A DNA stretch of 63,799 nt, the filler included, from Choristocarpus tenellus KU-1152 (taxonomy: Eukaryota; Protista; Phaeophyceae), in assembly GCA_964200185.2 (NCBI GenBank). It is 10 parts of 10 records of this genome, joined end to end, with 100 filler letters (N's around TTAATTAATTAA, not from the genome) between each part and the next. Parts side by side here need not be neighbours in the genome. Positions count along the whole stretch, not along the records: positions 36,321 to 40,091 come from CAXNAD020018018.1; positions 40,192 to 42,816 come from CAXNAD020026178.1; positions 42,917 to 46,441 come from CAXNAD020019457.1; positions 46,542 to 49,329 come from CAXNAD020024751.1; positions 49,430 to 52,378 come from CAXNAD020023434.1; 5 more parts are not named here. One strand, written 5' to 3'. The notes beneath the pieces are model-generated. The model was given only the letters and a program-made list of their open reading frames with translations, ran no database searches and had not been told where the DNA came from. The position numbers were made by a program, and so were the translations under genes. The first letter of the stretch is position 1. Every line of letters starts with the position of its first letter. Below are positions 38,592 to 50,811 of the stretch, in pieces.

Positions 38592-39077
38592 GAATCAGAG
38601 TATGTTAGGGTTAGGGTAGAGCCCCGTCCGTTTGGCTGCCAAAATCCGATGTTGCGATTTTGATGTAATTTTGTCTATCGTGTTTGTTAGGAAGTGTCAA
38701 TATCCTTGTTCCAGACACACCTTTTCATAAACTATACATTTTACCGACTCTGAAACATTTCAGAGTAGTTAAAATGTCGTCAATAAACCGTGGGAAGTCA
38801 AGCCCCAAATGGACAAACAAGGCAAAACTCACACCCTCTAAGATACTTTCACTCAATTCCATTGTCGCGATTTTGATTAAATTTTGTCTGTTGTGTATGT
38901 TAGGGAGTGTCAATATCCTTGTTCCATACACACATTTCCACAACATAATAAATATTTCACCTACTACTACTCTAAAATATCTCGGAGTAGGAAAAAATTA
39001 TTTTAGAAGAACGTGTGAGACCAAGCCCCAAACGGACAAACAGGACAAAAATCATACCCTCTAAGATACGTTCACTC
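38592..39077. mobile_element. Tandem MITE family A copies (38592-38854 plus a 5'-truncated copy, 38855-39077)
   Basis: The internal blocks repeat, and there are two right ends: CCCTCTAAGATACTTTCACTC and CCCTCTAAGATACGTTCACTC. Confidence 0.85.
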
Positions 39078-39444
39078 ATCATGTCTGATTCGGTAAGATT
39101 TTGTACTTCAAATACATAGATAGAGGGTTGGGGTTGTTTTTTTTACTAACCCTGGTTACTGTAAATTGGAAACATACAAGATAAATTAAGAATGTGATTG
39201 ATATCTTGAAAAATACAAATCACTACTGATATAATTATATTTTTTAGAAATGGAAATCACGGATATATTCTGATTTACAATTTCTGAAAAATGTAACGCA
39301 CGGATTTTCAGGGTCGGTGGGATCGAAAGGGTGGTCCCACTGATCCTGAAAAAGATAAAACAAAGTTCATACGCTCGTCTTCGAATGTAATATCTCCTAC
39401 ACCTTCTCACGGCCCAAGGCTGCCTGTTGTTGCTCGAAAAGATC

Positions 39445-39920
39445 ATGCCAGTTGCTTCCACAGTAACGGGGTGGCTTGTGTCGCCTATGTCTCCCCCCGC
39501 GTTGCCCCCACACCAGCCCGCCAACAATGATGCGCTGGAGCTTCATGCCAATGATGCTACAGGGACCGGCACCAAGCTTCGACTGGGGTGTGTTGAACCC
39601 ATCCCAGTCAACGAACAGCATGGCTGCTGCACGCACTTAGCCTGTGTGCAGAAGTTCGCGGCAGATGGCGAGTACTTCATTGCATGCACCTTGGCCAAAG
39701 AGCAGGACATCATCCGGGCGTGTGACAACCGCTGAGATCGCAAGGAGTTTGTTAGCAAGCGTGTGCCTGTGGTTAAGTTGGGACCTGGATGTGGATCTAT
39801 GCTCACGGCCGGCATTCCCGTCTGCACGAAGTTTTTCAAGGCATCGTTCGGGATATCCAATCGTGTCATCGACGCCCGCAAAGGTACACCTAATGCAAGA
39901 GCATCCTCCAGCATGGAGAG
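39445..39920 (+). pseudogene. Candidate Sola-type transposase N-terminal fragment with an in-frame TGA (39733-39735)
   Basis: Reading through the stop gives GCCTHLACVQKF...R*DRKEFV...GIPVCTKFFKASFGISNRVI. This resembles the Cys-rich plus VCxxxFxxxxGIS region recalled from Sola-like transposases. The catalytic domain is not in the contig. Confidence 0.5.
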
Positions 39921-40091
39921 GTGGGTTTGAAGTATGTACACAGTGTCACTTGTACCAAGGTCTTGTTCCCCTCTGCTTGAACACACAATAGTAGTCCTAT
40001 CTGAAAACAATGTGATCCGACCGTACTCACCCGGTTCACTTTGGAGTTACCATGCCTAGATGTCTGATATACAAAGCTATGGATCCCTTCA

Positions 40092-40191
40092 NNNNNNNNN
40101 NNNNNNNNNNNNNNNNNNNNNNNNNNNNNNNNNNNTTAATTAATTAANNNNNNNNNNNNNNNNNNNNNNNNNNNNNNNNNNNNNNNNNNNN
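40092..40191. other. Artificial contig linker
   Basis: N44-TTAATTAATTAA-N44. Confidence 0.98.
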
Positions 40192-40664
40192 ACAAGGTAG
40201 AGAAGAAAATAAAATGGGGGTAGTGATGTTATACCCTCACGTACACACCCTGTCGCCTTCAGGGGGTGGGTACATTATGGTGTTGACTATGCCTCTGGTA
40301 TAACTACGGTGACAGTTGGGATATTTAAAGTGGGACAATACAGTCAGAGCTATTTGGGGAGAACATGTTCCAGCAATTGGTATGTGTAATGATCGGTGGG
40401 TTTTAGGTGTTATGTTGTGCATGTTCGTGTTCAGGCGTTAGGGGAGAGAGCGGACCGTTAACTCTGATACAATACCGGGTAGAACGCGTCACACCAACAG
40501 ACTAGGGATATATATCGAACGATCATGCTTTCCTATACCAATGTTCCTAGGGGGGTATGAGGTACTTGTTTGAGAGAGACAAAATTGGAAATGGTACTAG
40601 GGCGGTACATTTTGAGCTTCTAAACGTTTGTTCGACAAGGAGGAATCGGCATGGGTTCAAAGTG

Positions 40665-42816
40665 TGTACAAAATAGGACAATAGTGAGGTAGACCTTATT
40701 TTGTGTATGTGAGATTATTGTGTTGAATTGAGTCCATGTGATGTAACTGATGAGATAGTACATCCGGCTTATGTATGGGATTATTTATGGGTGTTTATTC
40801 TGCATTCAACTACTTTGACATAACCGTTGACTTAGGTAGGACTCACAAATAATAATAAACAAGTAATAAGAAGACACCCCACAAAGGTCACTCTTCTAAA
40901 TTCAACCGTGTAATCAATCACGTTCAACAATGGGGAACCGTGTGAGGCTTCACACCTTCTTGTCTTCACTACTGATAAATAGCATTACCTCCAAAGTTAA
41001 ATAGCACAGGTTATGACACAGGTTATAAGCCTTAGTAGTTTGGACAAAAGGAGCAGGTGATGGGCCTCAACGACATAAAGAAGTTGCCCAACTAGAATGG
41101 AGCACCAGCACGACCAGTGGATGCTTGGAGACTGTCATTGATCGCCTACGCTGGTGGAAAGGGTTTGTACGAGATTACGATGAGGGAATACGAGATTCCT
41201 GAAACACCCACCACCATCTCAGGAGAGGCAGTGCGTACGGCACATGCCACACACATGAAGAATTAGAATGAGTCAACAGAAGACGTGCGGAGGACTAGAT
41301 CCCCATGTAGTTCAACGAAGGACGCGGGGATGACTAGATCCCCGTGCAGCTCATCACAAGACCCGACATGAGTCACAAGGAAGCTGAAACGGGAAATAGT
41401 CTCATCATCGTCATACTAACAAAGTGGACTTGCACCTTCGACAAAAATGGGAAGCTGGAGGCTAAGGAGACATGGGATATGGTACAATCGATAACGAGCA
41501 AGAACTGGAGGTCAAGGGGGATAATTTGGGAACCTGATATGTCATGCCGAATATTGAACACTGGGACCCTGTGACAAGATTCTTGCTTACGGAATGAGAA
41601 AAGCAATTGCTGTTACCTGCCACTAGGGGAGTGGGACATTAGCAGGAGCAGTAACTAAGCCTCCACAAGAAGGGAAAGGAGGAGCTAACCGCGGGGAGCC
41701 TGGGAGCACTCTAGCCGCTGGGACCATAAACTCATGGAAGAGAACACAGAAGGTCAGCGGAGGAGGCGGTCAAAGTACAACTGGTCAACGTACGGACCAT
41801 ATTACAACAGGATCCCCTAGCAGAGATGAGATCAGGACCAACACAAGACGTTTAAACTGTGGACTGATCAAGCATATTGGTCCTTGTTCTTTCGAAGGAA
41901 TATGCTACAACTGTGGAGGTAAAGGACACCTTCAGACGTTTGTCGCCAGAGGAGAGCGACACCGTCTAAACAGGCAGAGGAATTAGCTGGACCAGGGTTG
42001 GAGCCAGAGAAAAGAAAAATAGTAGAGGTTGTCAGCAAAGGGCTGCAACATGTTCTACGATATCTAGTGGGCACCATGAAAGTAGTAGGGAAACATTATC
42101 CTGCTGGTGGTGAAATGGACATTGGGGGCCTGGTTGGGTATGGAGACTCAGACTGGGGCAATGACACTGTTTCAAGACGAAGCTTGACGGGATACCTAAT
42201 CCTATTGAATGAGGCACCAATTGCATGGAAATCCAAGATGCAAGGAGCTGTAGCCACATCTTCATCAGAAGTGAAATGGACAGCGATGGTACATGGAATG
42301 AGGCATGCAATATTCCTCAGAGGCATCCTGGGAGAGCTGGACATACTTCAAAGGGGTTATGACTTGGTATGGAGACAATCAGGGTGCAATTCTAGCTGCC
42401 ATAACCATCGGATAATTTCAATGGACGGACAACGCATATCGACATCAAACTAAAATGTACCAGGGAAGATTTGCACCAGGGAGGATTTCTTACAGTAAAA
42501 TATATTCCCAAGGCACTCCAACTTACAGACATCTTGACCAAAAGATTACGTAAGAAGCAGGTAGAAGACTTCGTAGACATTGTGTTGACTAGATAAATGA
42601 CGTATGTTAGAGTTCAAGCAATCAGTGTTCTTTTACTGCATTGAAAGGATAAATTTGATGTGTGTGAGAGTTGAACCAATCTGACTTCTATTACTTCCAC
42701 TCTCATGGGGGAGTGTGCAGAATAAGACGTTTTAGGTTTGAGGGTGTTAAGAATATGCTTTTTATTCATGTGTAAAAGAAGATTCTGTAGAAGAAACAAT
42801 TTAAGAATGAAGAGAC
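40665..42816 (+). mobile_element. Internally deleted, decayed Ty1/Copia element: 5' LTR 40665-41008, PBS GGTTATG at 41009, gag relic, RNase H ~42040-42596, PPT 42707-42713, 3' LTR from 42714
   Basis: TG...CA LTR homologous to the solo LTR at 52706. Zinc knuckle CYNCGGKGH near 41903. Copia RNase H motifs GYGDSDWGND..RRSLTGY, IAWKSKMQ..VATSSSE, GDNQGA, HIDIK and QLTDILTK, with frameshifts. Confidence 0.9.
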
Positions 42817-42916
42817 NNNNNNNNNNNNNNNNNNNNNNNNNNNNNNNNNNNNNNNNNNNNTTAATTAATTAANNNNNNNNNNNNNNNNNNNNNNNNNNNN
42901 NNNNNNNNNNNNNNNN
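42817..42916. other. Artificial contig linker
   Basis: N44-TTAATTAATTAA-N44. Confidence 0.98.
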
Positions 42917-42963
42917 GTGTGGGGGGGGTGGTGCTCTTTTCACTAATTGGCATTTCCATGCAT

Positions 42964-42967
<4 letters not shown>

Positions 42968-43003
<36 letters not shown>
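42968..43003. repeat. (CA)n microsatellite
   Basis: Read directly from the sequence. Confidence 0.95.
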
Positions 43004-43006
<3 letters not shown>

Positions 43007-43212
43007 TACATATCAAAGGGACCACGACCAACACTACTTGGTCATGTCACAAAGTGCAAACTAAAGGGTAGTAAAAGTCAAAATAATCACACAATAACGC
43101 CTGCCCCGTCGTTCCACCTGCAAACCATGCATCGCAGAGGAAACTTCTTGCCAAACCCAGGACAAAAATAAATCACCAGACACTACATAATCCCCTAAAA
43201 AAACAAGCCCAC

Positions 43213-44976
43213 CTGCATCACTGCACGTGGTAGGGTCAGTGCATTGGGTGGGGGATCCGGAGCCTTCTTCTTTTCAGGAGGATGGTGGTGGAAATGTTGA
43301 CCGTGGATCTCATTTGCTGCATGGACTTCATAGTGAGGGATCTGATCAAAGATAGCCGATACAAATAATTTGATTATTTAGGCGGGAAGGGGGCCGTTGG
43401 ATAGAAGCATGGATGTATCAACAGGGGGTGTAGGGTAGTTTAGGCGCAGAAGGTGGGAACAAAATGGAAGGGTTAGCAGTGCAAGGAAATATCGTGGAAT
43501 CAAGGAAATATCGTGGAATGCGAGTATTCTTTGCAACACGCCTCCTCAGAAGCAGAGGGCTCCCACCTCCTATAACCCTTTATTTGTTCAACAGTATATG
43601 TATGTATGGGGAAGTCAAAAAGTATTAAGAGAGGGTTCACATCCTATCCATGAGTATTGATTATCCCCTGGTGTCACCTTTCCTCGCTTCACTTCCCCAA
43701 GAGTCTCTCTGTGTCCGCGTCGGAATGACGGGTGCATGTAGCCCCCTGCATCCGGTCCCTTGATGACCTTGCGATACCCGTAGAGGTTTAACTGCCTCTG
43801 GAAAGAGCTGAATTTGTTGTGTCGGTAGTACTGAAATGAAGAGGAAGGAGTCAAAGCAAAACCGAGATACAAGGCATGAGAAATATACGTGTACATGTAG
43901 ATATCTTAGAATCAATAAAAGGGCCATGAGAATATGAACGAATATTTTGTTTCGAAATTTTGGATGATCTGTCAGGTGGAGGAAATGACAACAATTACAT
44001 GAGGGGCCCTGTTGCATTCCAGGGAGGGGTGTCCCCACGTATTGGCTGAAAGTTCGAGAAGTCACTGCCATACGGTTCAGTCGGGTATTTAACACCCCAA
44101 TCCTCTATGTCTTGCAACAAAAAAAATCTGATTGAACCCGTATATCTTCTTTCGCCGGTCCAAGGAAGCAATGTTCATAGAAAAGACAACAAATACACTA
44201 CACATTAAACATCGACGTAAATTATAAACCCTTCAACATCATGCAAAATGATTGGGACCAAGGGAGACATGAACAAGAGATTGGCATCAAATACTGTTGT
44301 AGTGACAGTCAAGGGCATCTGCGGTTAAAGCTGTGAGTACCAAACTCTAGAGTTACTTGAGGGCCACTCACTTTGACCAGTACTTCCTCCGAAAAACGAG
44401 GGAAGTCAACTACAAGAAAGGCTAGGCCAGAGTGAGTCCATTTGATAATTTCGGGCGATTCCTCCTGGAGCATGTCATAGAGCTTGACCGCAAACCCCTG
44501 GCCAACTCCGCGTTTGCCTGAGAGGTCATGGAATGAATAGGGATTCCCTGAGCCTTGGATCATCACGAGGTTGCGTGGAATCAAGTGCGATACGAGTTTG
44601 CCGGAGAGACCTCGGCAACAGCCCATTAATGTCAGTGAGGAAAATGGGTGACATTAAGTTGGAGTTGTCCGTCACACTTCAACCTTGGTGAAGCATCCAT
44701 TCTATAATTTATGCACTTCAATTGAGCAGTAACCTTAGGTTGCTGGCTTTATTTAAAGCTACTCCAAGAGACCCGCTGCGGTTCAAAGAAGTTACCTGCG
44801 CGTGAGGTTGAGGTTTGTCCTGGCGTATTCCCACCCCGTCGCATAACAGCTCGAGAAGCGAGACGCCCAAAGAGGGCACTTGCAGTCCCCTTTCTAGACT
44901 TTCCAGCTGACGGACTACTTGCAGCTCTCGACCCTGATGATGTCTTCCAAAGTCCGACAGTCTCTCCTCTCCACAT
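43213..44976 (-). CDS. HSF-type DNA-binding transcription factor, 3'-truncated by the contig end (exons 44976-44796, 44553-44372, 43830-43678, 43341-43213)
   Basis: FAVKLYDML...[45 protein letters not shown]...YMHPSFRRG is the canonical HSF DNA-binding domain. Joins are in-frame GT-AG. Confidence 0.9.
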
Positions 44977-46441
44977 TCCTGTTGGAGCAAACTAAACTAG
45001 GGTTGGGTCTGTGGGTCTTGGTGTCCCGTACTGCAACTTTAACTGGTTCATTGTAGAATTTCTTAATTGTTGTTCTGGGTTTTAGCACTTAGATCTGAAT
45101 AGACATATATTCAAATAGAATTGATAGAAAGAGGTTTAGGTCGGTTGGAGATACAGTATGACGAAGAAAGAAATAATATATATTTGTACTGAAGTTTCGG
45201 TGTTGGTTTTTCCGTCGGACAGATGCAATATCTCATTAATATAGGTTTGTTTATCTCTAACATTTTGAAGATGCCATACCCATCGATCAAACTTTTTATT
45301 ATTGTAGGAGTTAGTAGTGTGTTCATAATGTTGGAATATCTGGTGATTTATTGTCAAGAATTTCTCCACTACATCTACTATATTGTATGCGGAGTAATAT
45401 ATAATTGTATCTTCCAATCTGTTTCTCTGGTGATCATAATGAGGTCTTCTTCTCTCCATAACAATATCTACAAAATTTCAATATCAATATTTCTCTGAGC
45501 AGAATATAATATCAAGAATATTTATAAAATACACTAATCAATAATACTATTAATTTACAGATGCCAATGCATGATATTGGACGTTCCTTTTCGGGAAAGT
45601 TCAAGAATTTCCGAACTACTCCCCTCATACACCAACATTTATGTAGATGATAACGTTGTAAGGATATCCTTTAGGAGGGTTCTTTAGGCTTGTAGTCCTA
45701 ACCTCATCACCTTCACGATCGAAAGTTTTTGTCACATTGGAAAGCAAGCAGAAGGTTTCTTAGATGAGTTAGCCGTCAAGTCCTGTTTACCACAGAGAGT
45801 TTCTGTCCCTGAATAAGTGATCTCTGTAAACGTGGCATGTGTATCAAGCTGAAGACACCAGGCAGTTGGGTCAGAAGGGGCTTGTTAGATTCTTCGAATG
45901 TTTCCCTTCCTCCTCGCCCACATTTGTAGGGCTATGAAAGGTTTGAGGCTTTTCCCGCTTTTCTTTACCTATCATATAAAAAACTCAAACAAGAAATGGA
46001 GATGTCTGTATGGTCGATGACAACAACTACTAATACATATAGTATACATCATATTTTATCTCTTGTCTCTTCTAATCATTTCATCATCCATGAATTTTTT
46101 GGAAACATATCAAATATCAACGATTCTTGTTATACTATTAATAATACATCTCACTAAAATATAGTTTGGATCTGAATTGGAACTAATATAGATAAATTTA
46201 ACCCAGTAACTCAAAGTATGGGTATTTTACGGAGTTTAGCCGTCTCTCGACTGAACATAGGTTGCAAATAGTGGTGTGAAGCAATTTGTAGGCGAAGTGA
46301 GTAAAAGCAACATGGGAAACTATGACCAATGGATCATTTACTATTTTCAATTATCAACTATATTGCCTCACCCATCACCATGCATTCTACCTGAAGAATT
46401 CATAGTATCTGGGGGACACACACACTCTGGTGTAGACCCCC

Positions 46442-46541
46442 NNNNNNNNNNNNNNNNNNNNNNNNNNNNNNNNNNNNNNNNNNNNTTAATTAATTAANNN
46501 NNNNNNNNNNNNNNNNNNNNNNNNNNNNNNNNNNNNNNNNN
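46442..46541. other. Artificial contig linker
   Basis: N44-TTAATTAATTAA-N44. Confidence 0.98.
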
Positions 46542-46713
46542 CGTCTTGCCCGGTGATTCTCTTCACCACCCTTGCCTGAGTGAACCACGCCGCCACAGAA
46601 TCACACGATTCACAGAGGGCATAATCATAAAATAATATAAATTTTGGTGATGTGTTAGCGGAAAAGCCAGTTCTTTGCGCATCAATCAACTACACTCATA
46701 CCGTCCAATCCTC

Positions 46714-48009
46714 ATGACGTCATATGTAGCAACCATTGTTGGAACTTCATCAACATTCCATCCTTCTTATACCACAGGTACAGACCCTTCTCGTGTTGAA
46801 GGAGATGCGATTGTGGTCATCATGGGTAGAGAGGGAGGAGAAACCAACAATGTAACTGGAGGGGGAAGAAAGCTGACCTCTCTTGCTCGGGGGGGAGTGG
46901 CGTTGGCCAGGGCTGGCCTAACACTAGCACTGAGAGGGCAAGCAAATGAGGACACTGATGTGAATGTAGCAACGGTATTAGAAGATGAGAGCTGCTTGAT
47001 AACTTCGACAGAGGACGGACAAGGGACGATATCTGGAGGGGAAGAGGAAGAAGGCACATTAAAAACACTTGGGGGGAGTGCTACTGACAAAGATCTCGGC
47101 TCAGATGGAGATGAGGAAGATTCCGTCTGGGATCCTAAGATAGAATATGACCACGATGCTTGGCAAGACTTCTCATGCGTTACTCCCTGGGAGTATTTGG
47201 TCAATGACATCGAAAACACGTTGCGCGCCTGGTCTTCAAGTCCCAAGACAAATCCAGGGGTAGGTCTGCAGCGACAATCCACGACCAAAGGAGGGGGCGA
47301 ATTGGGTTCAGCGAAAAACTGCGAGGTGGTGGAGTGCAAACAGCTCGAGCACCTCGGACGCCTATATATTCTCCGCCTTCACCGCACTACTGAGGAGGTA
47401 ACAAAGTTCAGTTGTTAGAGGTTCCCGATCATGACCGCAAACGTATTGGTTGCTTCACCACATTCCATGATGATAGAGGTATACGAGCAAAGGTGGGAAC
47501 CTCCACTTTGGTCCTCGTCAAGATGGTCCACCAACTGCTTATCATAGCCATAAGCCGCACCCTAGGCACGGGTAGTCGATATTCCCCTTGATTCCCTTTC
47601 CTCTCGACCCGTCGTACCTGCTCCACCCTCATATCACAGTAATACTACCTAGCTGAAGCTAACCTTACCTTGCCTTGTGTCCAACCTACGCACATATCGC
47701 ATCGCGCTTCTCTCTATCTGTCTCCCTTGAGGAGAAATCCAACGGTGGAGTGAGAGGGGGAATGAACCAATCGCTCTTCTCACTTGGCGAAGGTGCGTTT
47801 TCTCACTCCGCCGATATCGCCGTAGAGTTTCCGGTTTTCTCTGGGACATGCTGGGAGGAAGAAGTATATGATGAGGCCTTGAATGCCTTCGCTGCAGCTG
47901 CAAAGGAGAGTATCCCTGTCGGAGGAGCGGGTACTGTTGGTAGTACGCAACCAGAGGAAGAAATGATGGCTGAAGTGACATCAGTGGCTGGACATGTTCT
48001 CCAGTGCTG
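46714..48009 (+). CDS. 5' portion of a probable Rab3 GTPase-activating protein catalytic subunit homolog (exon 1 to 47397; exon 2 ~47732-48009)
   Basis: QDFSCVTPWEYLVNDIENTLRAW resembles the Rab3GAP1 N-terminal motif DFT.AS.WERFIS.IE..L..W. The start codon (46714 or 46822) and the exon 2 acceptor are uncertain. Confidence 0.6.
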
Positions 48010-49329
48010 GTGAGAAGGTTCTGTTGGCCTGATGAGATAGCACATTGATATGTTATTATTGCACATCTCAACGAGACCATGATGCAATGGTTTTGTTCAC
48101 CCTATGTTGTGTTGAACGGAAGCTTTGATGTGATGTTGATTGTATGCGTTGCTTTGTGCTACATGCTATACTCTTTTGTGTGTTGTAAGTAGTGTTTCTA
48201 TTTTTTCTGATATGTTATTGAATGAATTCATTGACAGGGATGTGGGGTTATTTTGTTCTCATGATGTTAGGCTGACGTTCTTTTGTTAGGTATCTACCTC
48301 CACTTGGAGCAGTGGTGTCCTCCCAACCTTTCCCAGCGAGACCTTTTTGTGAAAGTTAAAGATGACTTGCCTTCCCTGGCCTCACGCTTTTGACATGTCA
48401 TGCGTGGATTAAACCTTCTCTTCCAACATCCCACCTCCTTTTGGTCCATAGCTGTGAAGTGTAGCAGCTATTGTGCCATCAATTAGTTGATAATGCAATA
48501 TAGATCCCTTAGCTATAGATATTTCTCAATCTTTTTGTCATGCTTGTCAACTCACACAATCCTTGATTATGGCTTTGTAGTCCTTCGAATGGAGAGATAC
48601 AGAAGGAACCAACGATGAAAGAGCACCACATGAAATTCCAGTAATTTTGTTCATCTTTTTGCTCTGCCCCACTAACTGTGGGCATTTCTTCGTAGTAATC
48701 AGTAATGGACAGTAAATTCAAATGTCTCACTATACAGCAGTTAGACATCACCAGCTCACTCCCTCCGCCCCCAACTATTTCCTTTGATCTTTGAGTGAAA
48801 CCATATATGAGGGCCAATTTGATCCTTTCGAGTTTCAAGACAATTTTTGAAATTTGTGCAATGTACACCATGCCCATGCCTGACCTGAGATGCAGTTATC
48901 CACCCTTGGGAAAGTGTGACTGTAGAAGGAAGATTAGAAATGATTAGTAGCACATTTTTTCTGTATGCGTCCTTCAAAGTGGTCAAAACGCATGCACCAC
49001 CAGACATTCATATGGGCCCTTGAAACTCAATGACACCTCCCTCTTAGATGGTATCACTCTTTTGTATGCTGTTAGCCATGACAATATATGCATACACATA
49101 TTGACTTCTGAAACCTCCTGCCCCTATGAAACTGGATGATTTTAAACATCGAAGTATATTCAAGCTGGCATGGGTGTGCTTGTAAAATGCCACAAGTTTC
49201 AATCAGTGCATTACCCATTTCCAAGGCTTACAATCCCCCCCCCCCCCATATAGATTACATTTGTTCTGTTTTGGAGGCATGGGATGGTCACACAAGTGGG
49301 TTGCAGGTGGGACCGGTGCATGTAATACA

Positions 49330-49429
49330 NNNNNNNNNNNNNNNNNNNNNNNNNNNNNNNNNNNNNNNNNNNNTTAATTAATTAANNNNNNNNNNNNNNN
49401 NNNNNNNNNNNNNNNNNNNNNNNNNNNNN
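49330..49429. other. Artificial contig linker
   Basis: N44-TTAATTAATTAA-N44. Confidence 0.98.
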
Positions 49430-49912
49430 GAGCAGTATTGCCGAGCAACTCCTTCCCTCTCCAGCGCCTACCTTCCTCGCCAAGTTGTTCATCCAGTTAC
49501 TTGATAGTCAGTCATACTTGAGCATCACACAGTACTTCAGCGTTGCTGATTTAACGGCACCGTTACAAGCTATGTAAAACACCTAAATATACCCCACTGA
49601 TGGCATCATACATCGCACTCACTGGCTAATGGAACAACCAAAATTGCTCCAATTGCCTAGCAATCCGAGCGCTACTCAAGTACAACACAACCTCTCGTGC
49701 ACTGGCTCTAAATGCTCACACCTCTTACATTTCTCCACATGAACAGCCCTTCCCCCTCCTCTTTTCACTGAATAATCCCCATCACTCCTAGAGCTCTTAT
49801 CCGCGACTCTAGAAGTATATATCTTTTTCTATCCCTCTGAAACTGCCTTTCATCTATCCATTTCCCTTATTCCAACCAGAGCCCCCAAAACGCCTTCTAG
49901 GTCTTGCAAACC

Positions 49913-50576
49913 TGGTCCAGGAGGTGCGCGCAGGTGTGAAGGGTAGTTTCGCGGTCCCTCAGAGCAGCCGCAAGAGCTGGGGCAGTGAAGCTACTAACTA
50001 GTACATTGATGTCCTTAGTTTTGTCCTGTGGATACCATACCAACACAGACAAGACAGTACACCAAGAGCATAGAAGCAGACTCAATGGATCGAGCGCGGA
50101 AGGGGCAAGGTACTAGAGGTCTTCATGTTCTTGGTAAGATATGTCTCAACATGACAACCTATCAACATTACATTCCACGGTGTCAACTTCACAGTACGGT
50201 ACATTTTTTCCCCACCACCCGGTCTGGGTTTTCGCACCAGACACAGATGTAATAATGCAATGTGGCAATAACTACACATACCGAAGAACATATGCATATC
50301 AGACACACGTATCCTAGAACTTCCTCCATATCTCTAGAAAGACCTGAGGAAATTTTCATTGGATAGGCTGCACCTCATTGATGACTCCGAAGCCCCTGAA
50401 CCTGGGAACCTCCTCATCGTCCTTGCCGTGCAGTTGAATGATAGTTTCATGTTTGCCTGACTTCACATCATTCCATGCATCCCATGCGTACTCTGCCTCG
50501 CTCAAGAAGACATATTTTACCACACGATAAGCAGTCGGGAAGGAGTAGAAAGGTAAACGACGCGTGGAGGTGCTTC
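49913..50576 (-). CDS. Exons of an incomplete gene (~50576-50374 and 50026-49913); product uncertain
   Basis: A phase-0 join GAG|GT...CAG|GAC gives ...GFGVINE-DKTKDINVLVSSFTAPALAAALRDRETTLHTCAHLLDQ, a protein-like helical sequence bounded by splice sites. Confidence 0.45.
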
Positions 50577-50811
50577 CTGTGAATGTTCCTGCCCTCGTCT
50601 TCTCTCTCTTTGCTATTTCAAACTTTGTACTATGCTGTTTGATTGTAGTACATAGCACTAACCCTATTAAGACTCTCTCTCTATCGATATATCTACTGAC
50701 AAAGCGAGCGAAAAAATGGAAAGAGAATTTTTCACCAAGCTCCATGTCGATAGAATCATTCGAACAAGGTGAGAGAGACGAGGAGGAACATTCCAGAGAT
50801 ATTTGCTATTA

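Noticed and set aside
38460-39064. Recurring short ORFs such as MLGSVNILVPDT and RILTLPNKH (also near 26676, 55567, 56013, 59857)
   Set aside because: They are translations of MITE family A. Frames and stops are not conserved between copies.
39733-39735. In-frame TGA as selenocysteine or programmed readthrough
   Set aside because: There is no redox motif or SECIS evidence. A nonsense mutation in a decayed TE, for example CGA>TGA, is simpler.
46767-47339. 190-aa Ser/Pro-rich minus-strand ORF (similar cases at 18649, 19413, 27320, 51151, 53432)
   Set aside because: These are antisense shadows of real GC-rich coding exons.
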